The notes: generated by a model not told the origin, from the sequence alone. A stretch of 64,000 nucleotides of DNA from Candidatus Saccharimonadia bacterium (GCA_038245115.1 JBBRSS010000005.1:3141-67140); one strand, 5' to 3'. Numbered from the stretch's first letter, positions 1 to 9,712 are shown. Program-made: numbers and translations.

Positions 1-468
1 GCCTCTTTATACTCTGCGTCTGTTTCGTACTTGATACCGTCTTTTTCAAAGGCTTCTTTGAATCCTTTTAATGATTTGTCTGAAATGTCATGATGAAGCA
101 TCATTTTTCTCCTTAATCTTCTTATCTTGATAGATATCGTAGATGAGTTGGGCGAGAGCTAGGGCATCACGCTCCCTTAACTCTTCCACGGTTGGTTCAT
201 GCGGCTTTTGTTCAGTTTTCTTTGGTTCGTATGCCATATAACACCTCCTTTATCCAATGATTACGAGACACTTCTGAATATAGCCCTTTTGTGTCCCATT
301 TGTCCCATTTTTCAGTACCACACCTCTGTTAAAGGGTTCGTGACCCGTATGGGGACGGATATCCAGCGGCTATTACTAGATGCGGCGAGCCATCCGGAGG
401 CGTAATATAGTGATGGATGGGGCGTGCCCACGGAGTGAGTTGTACAATCAAGAAAAGGGAGTATTGAG

Positions 469-924
469 ATGGCAGATGCCAAAGATTTTTTGAATTCAAT
501 TGATAAGTCCGAATTTAAGACCGACGCAACCGCCAAGCGCACCGAAAAGCCATGGGGTTACGAGATATTGCTAACCGCCGCCGATGCGCCGTACGCAGCT
601 AAGATTATCCACATTAATGCTGGGGCGCGGTTGAGCCTACAGGCACACGACCAGAAGACCGAAACTTGGTGTGTGCTGCGCGGAAAAGCTGGGGTACTAA
701 TCGAGAATGCTGAGGGGAAATTGGAGCAAATTGAGCTCAAACCGGGAGTGGGCTATACGACCGCGCTAGGGCAACGCCACCGATTGATCGGCCTGGGTGA
801 CTGCGATGTGTTTGAAGCTTCGACCCCGGAAATCGGCACCACGCTCAGGCTCGAGGATGACTATGCCCGGCCCGATGAAACTGAGGCGATGCGGGCGCAA
901 CCGAATCGCGGCTGGAACAATTAG
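469..924 (+). CDS. Cupin-fold protein, resembling the C-terminal cupin of bifunctional ManC / type II mannose-6-phosphate isomerase
   Basis: 151 aa; 'EKPWGYE ... AHDQKTETWCVLRGKAGVLIENAEGK' fits a cupin barrel with His ligands. The start is preceded by AAAAGGGAG. Confidence 0.5.
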   Translation: MADAKDFLNSIDKSEFKTDATAKRTEKPWGYEILLTAADAPYAAKIIHINAGARLSLQAHDQKTETWCVLRGKAGVLIENAEGKLEQIELKPGVGYTTALGQRHRLIGLGDCDVFEASTPEIGTTLRLEDDYARPDETEAMRAQPNRGWNN

Positions 925-2137
925 GCTCGAATACCTCAACGGACTACGCGGCCTAGCCGCTTTGGTGGTGGTGTTTCACCATTTTGCTTATGTTTTTCTA
1001 GTATTTGCCACGCGCGGGGCAGGGGCAAATCACTTTGCTATCGAGAAAACCATTTACACCACTCCCCTGCAGCTGTTGGTGGCGGGCAACTTTGCGGTAT
1101 GCATCTTCTTTATTTTGAGCGGGTATGTGCTGAGCTACGCGTTTTTTCAGACCGGCAAAACGAGCGTGGTGCAAAAAGCGGCGGTGAAGCGCTATTTTCG
1201 GCTGATGCCACCGATTTTGGGCTCGGTGCTGTTGGCGTGGGCGATTATTAGACTAGGGCTGAACTTTAGCGACGGGGCGGCGGCTATCAGCGGCTCCTCT
1301 TGGCTAGCGAACTTTTGGCCGCGGACGGTGAGCCTGGGAGAGGCGGTATATTACGGCGCTTACGGGATTCTGGTGGGCAACTCATCGCCGGGCCTGCTCA
1401 ATAACGCGCTGTGGACAATGAAGGTCGAATTAATTGGGTCGATGTTGGTATTCGGATTCTTGGGGCTATTTGGCAAACTGCGGCTGCGCTGGCTGATGTA
1501 CGCACTGCTGGCGATGGCGACGTGGAATTCGTACTATTTGGCGTTTGTGCTGGGAATTGCACTGTGCGATGTAACGAACAGGAGCTGGTCGCCAAAACAA
1601 CTGGCATGGCCGATTACGGCGGGGCTGGCGCTGGTGGGGTTATGGCTGGGGGCGGCGCCGATTCCGGGCGCCACGAGTACCATCTACAGCTCATTCGGGT
1701 GGCCCGGAGCGGATCCAAACGTGGTGTTTATTTTGACGCATATTATTGGGGCGACCATGCTACTGGGCGCGGTGGTTTACTCCCCCGTTCTCAAGCTGGT
1801 ATTTGCCAGCCGCCCGCTCCGGTACCTAGGAAAGATTTCGTTCTCGATGTATTTGTTGCATCTGTTGGTGCTGGGCACGATTAGCTCGTACATGTTTACG
1901 GTCCTGAGCGTGAGCCACGGTTATTTGCTGAGCCTGCTAGTCACGGGGGCGGCCTATTTGGTGATAGTTACGATAGCCGCCGACATCTTTACGCGGCACG
2001 TCGATGAACCAAGTGTCAAACTGGCAAACTGGCTGCAGAAACGCATAATGTCGCCGCGACGGCCCTCGACGGATACAAGACCCGCTCGACAGCCTGCTAT
2101 GATGGGAGCATCGAGGGCGGATGCATCTAATATCTAA
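875..2137 (+). CDS. Acyltransferase family 3 (OafA/YrhL-like) integral membrane O-acyltransferase
   Basis: 'LNGLRGLAALVVVFHHF' acyltransferase_3 N-terminal motif followed by ~10 hydrophobic helices. The track start at 797 overlaps the previous gene; the ATG at 875 is a more plausible start but remains uncertain. Confidence 0.65.
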   Translation: MKLRRCGRNRIAAGTIRLEYLNGLRGLAALVVVFHHFAYVFLVFATRGAGANHFAIEKTIYTTPLQLLVAGNFAVCIFFILSGYVLSYAFFQTGKTSVVQKAAVKRYFRLMPPILGSVLLAWAIIRLGLNFSDGAAAISGSSWLANFWPRTVSLGEAVYYGAYGILVGNSSPGLLNNALWTMKVELIGSMLVFGFLGLFGKLRLRWLMYALLAMATWNSYYLAFVLGIALCDVTNRSWSPKQLAWPITAGLALVGLWLGAAPIPGATSTIYSSFGWPGADPNVVFILTHIIGATMLLGAVVYSPVLKLVFASRPLRYLGKISFSMYLLHLLVLGTISSYMFTVLSVSHGYLLSLLVTGAAYLVIVTIAADIFTRHVDEPSVKLANWLQKRIMSPRRPSTDTRPARQPAMMGASRADASNI

Positions 2138-3947
2138 ACGACCAGTTGTGATGGGTATGGGCGTTGGCCTGGCGCTGGTGGGTGCTGTGGTAGGGACGGG
2201 TTGGATGCGCACGCAGGGCACCCTGAAGGTAGCAGTTGCCGGCCAGCAGGCCGTGCTGGTAGCCGGGCCGCTCAAGGTGGCCTTTAGCCAAGATGTGGCG
2301 GCCGGGTTTTCGGCCACGATCGAGCCTAAAGTGGCCGGAACGTGGCAAACTGAGCGGACTGTTTTCGGGGTGAGCGCGGTGGCGTTTACGCCGACTAAGC
2401 GGTTTGAGGCCGGGCGCACGTATTCGCTGCACATCAAGGGCATGAAGCGCGCGGTAACCAATCAGGCTCTCGGCGAGGTGCAGCAAGGATTTGCGACCCA
2501 GCTGCCATCCGGGGTGGCGAAAACTTCGCCGGCGGCCGATGCGGTGGACGTAGCGGCCAAGCCCCGGCTAACGGTAGTTTTACGCGAGGCCAACCAAGGT
2601 GTGCGCCAACTCAAGCCCACGTTAACACCGGCGATACCGCTGAAGTACATTTCGAGCGATGACAAAACATTCGTCTGGGAACCGCAGACGCCCCTAAAAC
2701 AGGGCGAAAAGTACACCTTTACGCTGGAAGACACCCGTGTTGCCGATCCGGCGAAACGTAATTTGTTTAATAATGTCTTTACGGTGGTGGCGCAGCCGGT
2801 GATTGCCTCGGCCCGCACGGGAGGATATTTTACACCCGGGCAAACCGTGGATATTGGCTTTGGGCAGCCGATGGAGCCCAGCGCGACGGCCTTTAAGTTT
2901 GATCTGGCGGGCAAGGGCAGCTGGGTGGACGACCGCACCTACCGCTACGTGCCGACGGACGGGGCGCTAAAGCCGGGCAAGACCTACAATTACGTGGTGA
3001 AAGCGGGCTTGAAGTCGAAAGCGGGTGGGGTTATGGAGGCCGACACGGCCTACCAGTTCTCCAGCACCGGCGCCGTGGGGGCGAGCATAAGCCCGGGCGG
3101 GGGCAATGTAGGGTTAAATACACCGATCAAAGTGACGTTTGATCAACCGGTGGACCATGCCTCGGCGCAGGCTCGGTTTAGTATCAGCCCTGCTGCGGCG
3201 GGGGCGTTCTCGTGGAGCGGCAACACCATGATTTACGCGCCCACGGGGTTGGCCTACCAGAGCGAATACGCGGTACGGGTAACCGCCGGAGTAGTGCCGA
3301 ACTGGGGACTGCCCAACACCGCCATACTGAGCGGGTCGCTGGCCACGCTGCCGGAGACGATAAAGCTCGGCGTGCCGGCCTATAAGACTCAGTACAAAAT
3401 GAGCTGCGAACTGGCAGCCACGCGCATGCTATTGGCATTTCGCGGCATCAATGTGAGCGATTGGGACGTACTGATGAAACTCAGCTATAATCCCCGCCCG
3501 CGGGACCTTGCTACCAACTCCTGGGACGACCCAAACGTGATGTACGTGGGCGACGTCAACGGTAATGCTAATTCCACCAGCTACGGCGTCCATGCCGGGC
3601 CAATTGCGGCGGCGGCGCGCAGCTTCGGACGTTCTGCCACGTCGCAGTTCAATGTGTCGGCCGCCTTTATAGCCACGCGCATCCATGAGGGTAATCCGGT
3701 GATCTTTTGGGGGCACAGCACGCCGGCCAAGCCGGACTCCTGGAATACTTCTAGCGGCGTAGTGCAAACCATACTGTCGTCGCACGCGCGGGTGGTGTAC
3801 GGCGTAGTGGGGAGCGCCGACGCGCCGATTGGGTTCCACATTATCGAAACCTCAAAGGGAACAACCATGTACTGGACTACCGCCGAGTTAATGGCGAATA
3901 TGAATATTATTCCCGGAGTGAGCAACCAGACGGTGGTGGTTTACTAG
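2121..3947 (+). CDS. Secreted/membrane-anchored protein with Ig-like (SbsA-type) repeats and a C-terminal peptidase C39-like (YvpB-type) domain
   Basis: N-terminal hydrophobic anchor, then repeated ~90-aa beta-rich segments. C-terminal 'YKTQYKMSCELAATRMLLAFRG' resembles the catalytic Cys region of the C39_2 family, with downstream His residues. Confidence 0.45.
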   Translation: MHLISKRPVVMGMGVGLALVGAVVGTGWMRTQGTLKVAVAGQQAVLVAGPLKVAFSQDVAAGFSATIEPKVAGTWQTERTVFGVSAVAFTPTKRFEAGRTYSLHIKGMKRAVTNQALGEVQQGFATQLPSGVAKTSPAADAVDVAAKPRLTVVLREANQGVRQLKPTLTPAIPLKYISSDDKTFVWEPQTPLKQGEKYTFTLEDTRVADPAKRNLFNNVFTVVAQPVIASARTGGYFTPGQTVDIGFGQPMEPSATAFKFDLAGKGSWVDDRTYRYVPTDGALKPGKTYNYVVKAGLKSKAGGVMEADTAYQFSSTGAVGASISPGGGNVGLNTPIKVTFDQPVDHASAQARFSISPAAAGAFSWSGNTMIYAPTGLAYQSEYAVRVTAGVVPNWGLPNTAILSGSLATLPETIKLGVPAYKTQYKMSCELAATRMLLAFRGINVSDWDVLMKLSYNPRPRDLATNSWDDPNVMYVGDVNGNANSTSYGVHAGPIAAAARSFGRSATSQFNVSAAFIATRIHEGNPVIFWGHSTPAKPDSWNTSSGVVQTILSSHARVVYGVVGSADAPIGFHIIETSKGTTMYWTTAELMANMNIIPGVSNQTVVVY

Positions 3948-4234
3948 TCCCGTAGAGGGCGATCTTGACGGATGTCACGCTGCCAAACAACCGGGTCGGT
4001 AATCTGCGAGTAGGCACCGGCGGCTTGCAACTCGTGAAGTAAAGATTGAATTCGACTACGATCCTGCTTGATATGGGGTAAGGGTAACTGAATAGTGGCT
4101 TTTTGTCCCAACTCGAGGTGAGCGTCTTTGACATATTGCCTAGGCACGCGAAGGGCGTATGAATTACCGACTTTTATTACTGTCGCGATATAGTTGCTCA
4201 TAATGCCTACTATTATAGATACTAATCTATTCAA
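3944..4234 (-). CDS. AbrB/MazE (SpoVT-AbrB swapped-hairpin) family DNA-binding protein
   Basis: 'VIKVGNSYALRVPRQYVKDAHLELG' is a typical MazE/AbrB N-terminal beta-hairpin motif; 96 aa. Confidence 0.5.
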   Translation of the reverse strand: MNRLVSIIVGIMSNYIATVIKVGNSYALRVPRQYVKDAHLELGQKATIQLPLPHIKQDRSRIQSLLHELQAAGAYSQITDPVVWQRDIRQDRPLRD

Positions 4235-4260
4235 CTGTACGATTTTTTCGTACAGTTGAA
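4231..4260. repeat. Perfect 13-bp inverted repeat TTCAACTGTACGA-TTTT-TCGTACAGTTGAA between the AbrB-like gene start and the DinD-like gene end
   Basis: Read directly. A second, near-identical core (TGTACGATTTTTTCGTACA) lies at ~4957-4980 inside the DinD-like coding region. Confidence 0.6.
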
Positions 4261-4307
4261 TGCCATTTTCAACTGGTAAAAATTTGTAACCAGCTGATTA
4301 TCTTCAG

Positions 4308-5159
4308 TTATGCTTGAGGGTGCTTCCGTGATTTGACCCTGGACTCCGCAGCGGGACCTATAGCGTTTTGACCCGTAATAATACTTTCGCCAGTTTGGCG
4401 TTCAATTTCAGCTCGAGCCTGGCCAGCGGCACCGCCACCTTCCCGAGCGACTTGCTGATTGGCAGCGAGGCCTGTGGGTCGCTTCTTTTGGGAAATGGTT
4501 TTAGTAGAAACTTCGGCCAACATATTGAGCACTAGCTCCAGGTTGGTCATATTATCGCGCAAATTCTCCTTGCGTAGACCTTTCAGCTTTTTATAATCCT
4601 TCACGGACCTGCCAGCCCAAGCTTGGGTAATCTCGTTGGTGAGAATGGCGTAGTCACGGCCTTCTTTCATCCCACGGGTCTCCCATTCATCGGTAAGTTC
4701 TTTGCGGATCTCAATGCTCTTGAGGCGCTGGTTAATCCAGTCGCGGGAGTACCCCTTTTGCAAATAAGTACGCATAGTGCGGTCAATGCCCAATTCCGGA
4801 TCTTCCATCTCTTCGATTCGCTTATAGCCAACCTGGGCGAGCCATAGCTTGAAGGGCTCGGCTTTGGGAGAGGAAATGGATTGTATGAGCCGCAACAGAG
4901 TTTCGGTGTCAGCAGCATCGGTATTATATTTTTTACCATCTGCAGCCTCGAATTTCAGTTGTACGATTTTTTCGTACACCTCACTGCCCTCTCCCTGAAG
5001 CTTTTTTTTGAGATCAGACCAGTAACGGCGCGGGATAGTGGACTCGGTGAGGATATTAATGACGTCAATGACGGCAAAATACCACAATTCGGCTACCTCG
5101 TCGTAGTGACGGCGGACCTGCTGCTGGCTGAATAAGATGATCGACTGGGATTTCTTCAT
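4308..5159 (-). CDS. DinD-like DNA-damage-inducible protein (BRO-N/KilA-N type, phage-associated)
   Basis: The C-terminal half ('KGLRKENLRDNMTNLELVLNMLAEVSTKTI ... ERQTGESIITGQNA') parallels E. coli DinD. The likely real start is the ATG at 5159 (MKKSQSIILF...), since the 27 residues before it in the track ORF look like a non-coding read-in. The gene sits in a lower-GC region. Confidence 0.5.
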   Translation of the reverse strand: MKKSQSIILFSQQQVRRHYDEVAELWYFAVIDVINILTESTIPRRYWSDLKKKLQGEGSEVYEKIVQLKFEAADGKKYNTDAADTETLLRLIQSISSPKAEPFKLWLAQVGYKRIEEMEDPELGIDRTMRTYLQKGYSRDWINQRLKSIEIRKELTDEWETRGMKEGRDYAILTNEITQAWAGRSVKDYKKLKGLRKENLRDNMTNLELVLNMLAEVSTKTISQKKRPTGLAANQQVAREGGGAAGQARAEIERQTGESIITGQNAIGPAAESRVKSRKHPQA

Positions 5160-5394
5160 ACTTGGCCCCTTATAGTACAAACAAATTATACCACACTTGT
5201 TCGGTTTTTGTATGCAAAGGCCGGTTTTAAGGTAACGCATATCTTAATATAAAAGTACTCCACCGATACCCAATTTACTTTACCTCTTTGTATCTGTTAA
5301 TATGAATTATAGTATCCCTTTTCATCTATATATATAGGTGTAGGAAGGGTAGGCGTAGCGACATAATTATCACTAAACTCGAAGTAATAACCCA

Positions 5395-6264
5395 ATGACT
5401 AATACAAGCCTTAAAGCTAAAACCGAACCTAAATACCGAAAAAAGCTAAACTCAGACCAAATAGCGGTACTACGGCTACTGCAACGATTCAGGTTTGTTA
5501 GTAATCAGCAGGTGGCCAAATTTGCCGAAAAGAAGAGCAGCAAGGACGTGCAAAAGCGGCTACAAATACTTGAGGAACAAGGACTTATTGCCAAACGCTA
5601 CGACAAGACCTACAAACTCAAGGGTAAGCCGGCCGCCTATTACCTGTTACCCAAAGGGGCGCGAAACCTGGCTGAGCAAACTACACGGAAGGCCGATGAG
5701 CCGATAAACATTAAACGCATCTACAAAGATAAAGATGTGTCCGAGAACTTTATTGAGCACTGCTTAAATATCACGAGCGCATACCTGCAATTCAAAGCTG
5801 TGCACGGCGACAAGCTGAGATTCTTCACGAAGAGCCAAATTGACACCGAGAAATATACGTATTTCCCGCAGCCGCAACCGGACGCCTACATAAGACTCAA
5901 AACCACCAAGGGCGAAAGTCAGTTCTTGCTGGATATCTATGAAGAAACGCAACCATTCTTTGTGTTGTTGCGCCGGGTGAAAAAATACGTGGCGTACGCT
6001 GCCGAGGGAGATTGGGAAGCAGACACGGGCACGGAGCTACCGATAATTCTCATGGTGGCGCAGAACGGCAGCATCCAGAAACGTTTGCGTAAAAGGATCG
6101 CCATGGAACTGAGCGATACGTATGAGGAAATCAGCGTCGCGACGACGACGCTCCCCCATCTGCTGGTAAGTGAGGCGGCCAAGGGTAAGGTGTGGCTGCC
6201 GATTGATGATGAGGGGGATGACGAGGACGAGCCGCTCAAGCCACTGGGGCTCGGTGGGCTATAG
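5395..6264 (+). CDS. Winged-helix DNA-binding protein (MarR/replication-relaxation-like) with an acidic C-terminal tail
   Basis: 'LNSDQIAVLRLLQRFRFVSNQQVAKFAEK...LQILEEQGLIAKRY' is wHTH-like; the C-terminus reads DDEGDDEDEP. An AT-rich promoter region lies upstream (5240-5394). Confidence 0.35.
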   Translation: MTNTSLKAKTEPKYRKKLNSDQIAVLRLLQRFRFVSNQQVAKFAEKKSSKDVQKRLQILEEQGLIAKRYDKTYKLKGKPAAYYLLPKGARNLAEQTTRKADEPINIKRIYKDKDVSENFIEHCLNITSAYLQFKAVHGDKLRFFTKSQIDTEKYTYFPQPQPDAYIRLKTTKGESQFLLDIYEETQPFFVLLRRVKKYVAYAAEGDWEADTGTELPIILMVAQNGSIQKRLRKRIAMELSDTYEEISVATTTLPHLLVSEAAKGKVWLPIDDEGDDEDEPLKPLGLGGL

Positions 6265-6310
6265 CAAATACTCGACCGTGATGGTCTGTAGCAACCTGGG
6301 GCGCAGCAGA

Positions 6311-7345
6311 CTAGGCGAGCTTCTTAACGATCTCTTTGACGCGCTGCGATAAGTCTTTGCGGGCGACCAGAATGCCGTTGGGGGTGTTGACCACCACCAC
6401 GTTGTCGAGGCCGATGACGGCAACTGGCTTGTCGCCGTCGTTGCGAATGTAGGAGTTCTCCACCTCGATGGTCTCCACTACCCCGTCGCCGGTGATCACG
6501 TTGCCGGCGCCGTCGTTGTTGTTGGCTTCGTATAGCTCCTTGAAGGAACCGATGTCGAGCCAGTCGAATGTAGCAGGGACCACCATGAGGTTGTCGACTT
6601 TTTCGCTAAGGGCATAGTCGATGGCGTCGTTTTCGAAGCCGAGATAGGTAGCATCGTATTCTTCGGGAGTTTTGACCTTTTGGAGACTTTGGAAGTCGGC
6701 GTAACGCTCGGGGGCGTGCTTCTTCATGGCGCCCAAGAAGACATTTACGGAACCGACGTTATAGCCACTGTTCCAAAGATACTTGCCGCTGGCAAAGAAT
6801 TCCCGGGCCTGCTCGAGTTCGGGCTTTTCTTTGAAGCTGGCAACTTCGGAAACAAAGGCGGCTTTGTCGATGATGGCGCCTTTTTCGATGTAGCCAAACA
6901 GGGTGGAGGGGTGCGTAGGCTCAACGCCAACCAGAGTGAGGCGGCCGTGGTGTTTGGACTGGGCGGCAGCCGTCCTGAAGGCGTGCACGAAACCGTCGAT
7001 GTCACGGATGAAATGATCGGCCCACAGGAAGCCGATGGGTTCGTCGAGGTCGTGATGCCGCGCTACGCGGTCGAGAGCGGCAATGAAACAGCTGGCAGTA
7101 CCGCGGCGGCCGGGCTCCACAATGAAGGCGTGGTCGGGCAGCTCGGGTAACTGCTTTTTAACATGCTCGGAGTGACTAGCCTCGGTGACCACGTAAATGT
7201 CGTCGCTAATGCGCTTGCCGCGATCATAGGCCTCTTGGACTCCCGAGCGCTCACCGGTTAGTTTTAGTAGGTGTTTGGGGTAGCTGCCGACAGACAAGGG
7301 CCAGAGCCGAGTTCCCGATCCGCCAGCGATAATCACAATAATCAT
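6311..7345 (-). CDS. manC: Mannose-1-phosphate guanylyltransferase (GDP-mannose pyrophosphorylase), nucleotidyltransferase domain only
   Basis: 'MIIVIIAGGSGTRLWPLS...PKHLLKL' is the ManC/NTP_transferase signature. A left-handed beta-helix tail is present but no cupin. Confidence 0.8.
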   Translation of the reverse strand: MIIVIIAGGSGTRLWPLSVGSYPKHLLKLTGERSGVQEAYDRGKRISDDIYVVTEASHSEHVKKQLPELPDHAFIVEPGRRGTASCFIAALDRVARHHDLDEPIGFLWADHFIRDIDGFVHAFRTAAAQSKHHGRLTLVGVEPTHPSTLFGYIEKGAIIDKAAFVSEVASFKEKPELEQAREFFASGKYLWNSGYNVGSVNVFLGAMKKHAPERYADFQSLQKVKTPEEYDATYLGFENDAIDYALSEKVDNLMVVPATFDWLDIGSFKELYEANNNDGAGNVITGDGVVETIEVENSYIRNDGDKPVAVIGLDNVVVVNTPNGILVARKDLSQRVKEIVKKLA

Positions 7346-7408
7346 GGCGAAAGTATATCAGATTTGTTTCGGTTGCGCTTCACCCAACGGGCGTCCCGAA
7401 CAACTGAT

Positions 7409-8086
7409 TTAGCCGGCCTCTTGCGTATCGGGCTCATCCTTAGCCCAGGGTAGGGTGCCTTCAATCATTCGCCGGTCTTCCTCCGACCACTTATCAGGGT
7501 CAAAGGCAACGAGATCACTGGGGTGAAACTTTGGGCTCTCAAGCATTTGCACAAAGCTAGCCGGACCGTGGATCTTAATGACATGGTGAGTCTCGGGAAG
7601 GTTGCGCATTTGGGTTCCGGCAGGAACGTCTGCCTGAATGCGCCCCTGTGCGCGGCCCAGATCGTACTGCTCGGTAGTAACGGATGAACCCAACGGGATG
7701 TCGGTAAATAGAAATGTTTCGACACCCGAGCCTCCAGTTTCTACCTCGGTATGGTGGTGCTTAGCCAACACAGCGTCATCTTGGTTCTTTTTTACGAAAA
7801 ATTGCTTGAGCCCATCGGGATAGGTTTCGAATAATTCCCGAACTTTACTTTTGATCCCCCCGTGAACAGGTGATTGTTCGCCCAGAAAGAGCGCGACGTC
7901 ATCAATGGTGTATATGCTGCGGCGATCGTCCTCATTCTCCAGTCGCAGGCCGATGGCCTCTGGGTCTAATTCGGAACTGATTTCTACGACATCAGGATTG
8001 TTCGCCATAGCTCTGGCCTCGGCTGCATTGCTGAAGCCGGCCGTCGGCTGCTGCCGATCTGGCCCTGGCAGTGTGATTTCGCTCAT
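7409..8086 (-). CDS. Hypothetical acidic protein
   Basis: 225-aa ORF with coding-like composition and no recognisable motif apart from His-rich 'HHHTEVE' and 'ETHHV' stretches. Confidence 0.35.
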   Translation of the reverse strand: MSEITLPGPDRQQPTAGFSNAAEARAMANNPDVVEISSELDPEAIGLRLENEDDRRSIYTIDDVALFLGEQSPVHGGIKSKVRELFETYPDGLKQFFVKKNQDDAVLAKHHHTEVETGGSGVETFLFTDIPLGSSVTTEQYDLGRAQGRIQADVPAGTQMRNLPETHHVIKIHGPASFVQMLESPKFHPSDLVAFDPDKWSEEDRRMIEGTLPWAKDEPDTQEAG

Positions 8087-8340
8087 AACCTAACTTCTCC
8101 TTATTTTACTCGTGTAGCCCGCCCATGGGCGCGCGTCAATTACCCGAGCCGAGTTCGATGCGATTATACCAAACTTTGAGGTGGGTGCTTTATACTGGTT
8201 ATGATGGAAGAGACGGAAGAGCCGCCGGCACGGCGCCTTCAAGAATATTGTGGCGGGAGTTTTTGCCGACGATGCTTCACATGCGATAAATTTATTTCAT
8301 ATATCCCATTGCGAAAGTAATTGTACTGTATCATAAGAGC

Positions 8341-9297
8341 ATGAATTCTGAGCCTCAACTATCAGTAGTGATCCCGGCATATAACGAAGTTGGCAATGTA
8401 GCGTTGATACATTCAGCTCTTACAAAAGTACTCGATACCGAGGAGGGCTTGGATTACGAAATAATTTTCGTGAACGACGGTAGCCTTGACGACACTTTGA
8501 TAGAGCTCCGGCAGCTGGCTAAGCACGATCACCGGGTAAGGTTGATAAGTTTTTCGCGCAATTTTGGCAAGGAGCTAGCAACGACTGCGGGGATTCATCG
8601 CGCCAAAGGGGCGGCAGTTGTAATAATTGACGCCGACGGCCAGCATCCGGTCGAATTGATTCCTGTTTTTCTCAAGAAGTGGCGGTCGGGGGCCCAGGTA
8701 GTTATCGGCGTGCGCCGGAGCAACCGCAAGGAGGGGGCGGTGAAACGCTATGGCTCCAAGTTGTTTTATAAGTTATTCAATAACACCACAGGTTCACATC
8801 TGATTCCTGGCTCGACGGATTTTCGCCTGATCGATCGTGCCGTACAACATGAGTTCTCAAGACTGACCGAGCGCAACAGGATAACTCGCGGCCTAATTGA
8901 TTGGATTGGGTACCGGCGCGAAATCGTCGAATTTGACGCTAACGCGCGGTTTAGCGGCGACCCCGCCTACAAGATCCCGCAGCTGATAGGCCTGGCCATG
9001 AACAGCTTCATCTCGCTAAGCCTGGCCCCGCTGTATTTCTCGGGCTGGGCTGGGCTGGCCATCACACCACTTGCGTTAATAGCCGGCCTCATAGTACTGG
9101 TCGAGCAGCTCATCATGCATGACCCTTTAGGCTGGAATTTCACGGGAACGGGGATGTTGGGCATTTTGCTTGTATTCTTGGTGGGGCTCCTGCTGATGTC
9201 GCAAGGATTCATCGCGCTGTACATATCGCGTATTCACACGGAAACGCAAAACCGTCCGCTTTACGTTGTGGACGAAGAAGCTTCAGTCAGGGCTTAG
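8341..9297 (+). CDS. GT2 glycosyltransferase (GtrB/ArnC/DPM1-like polyprenol-phosphate sugar transferase) with C-terminal TM helices
   Basis: 'LSVVIPAYNE ... VNDGSLDDT ... IIDADGQHP' DxD-type GT-A motifs plus two C-terminal hydrophobic helices. Confidence 0.8.
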   Translation: MNSEPQLSVVIPAYNEVGNVALIHSALTKVLDTEEGLDYEIIFVNDGSLDDTLIELRQLAKHDHRVRLISFSRNFGKELATTAGIHRAKGAAVVIIDADGQHPVELIPVFLKKWRSGAQVVIGVRRSNRKEGAVKRYGSKLFYKLFNNTTGSHLIPGSTDFRLIDRAVQHEFSRLTERNRITRGLIDWIGYRREIVEFDANARFSGDPAYKIPQLIGLAMNSFISLSLAPLYFSGWAGLAITPLALIAGLIVLVEQLIMHDPLGWNFTGTGMLGILLVFLVGLLLMSQGFIALYISRIHTETQNRPLYVVDEEASVRA

Positions 9298-9712
9298 TTG
9301 CTGCAGCTTTAAAGATAACTTTCTTGTAGAGAAAATAATTCCATATTGTTATGAGAACAGTGACGACTGGTTTTGAAATTTCCGGTCCGATTCCGTGGCT
9401 AGCCATGCCAACTACAAGAAGATTAGTGAACAATAAATTCGCAAGTACAAGCGCCCCGTACCAAGCTGCCTGCCTCAGCGAATGGTGTGGGCTCCGGGGT
9501 GCATTAAATGACCAATATTTATTGCTCAGAAAATTTGACGTGAGCCCCACTAAAAAACCGATGGTTGTGGCGACCGATAAAGGCAGATGGAATAAATGAT
9601 AAAAGCAGAGAAGAAATCCGTAGTCAATGCCAAACGATAAAATACCCACAACTAGGTAGCGGGCGAATGAACTTCTAAAAGCTTGCTTGGCCACCATTTT
9701 GGATAATTCCAA
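9287..9712 (-). CDS. GtrA-family small polytopic membrane protein (putative flippase partner of the GT2)
   Basis: 141 aa with 4 TM helices; 'FARYLVVGILSFGIDYGFL ... SNKYWSF' is GtrA-like. It converges on, and overlaps, the GT2 gene. Confidence 0.6.
   Translation of the reverse strand: MELSKMVAKQAFRSSFARYLVVGILSFGIDYGFLLCFYHLFHLPLSVATTIGFLVGLTSNFLSNKYWSFNAPRSPHHSLRQAAWYGALVLANLLFTNLLVVGMASHGIGPEISKPVVTVLITIWNYFLYKKVIFKAAATKP

Noticed and set aside
1398-2486. ORFs 1398-1607(-), 1411-1884(+), 1937-2461(-), 2127-2486(-) and 2462-2938(-) overlapping the acyltransferase and Ig-like genes
   Set aside because: Alternative-frame ORFs of the kind expected in GC-rich coding DNA. They have low-complexity, Arg/Pro/Ala-rich translations and no motifs, and the overlapping real genes carry clear family signatures.
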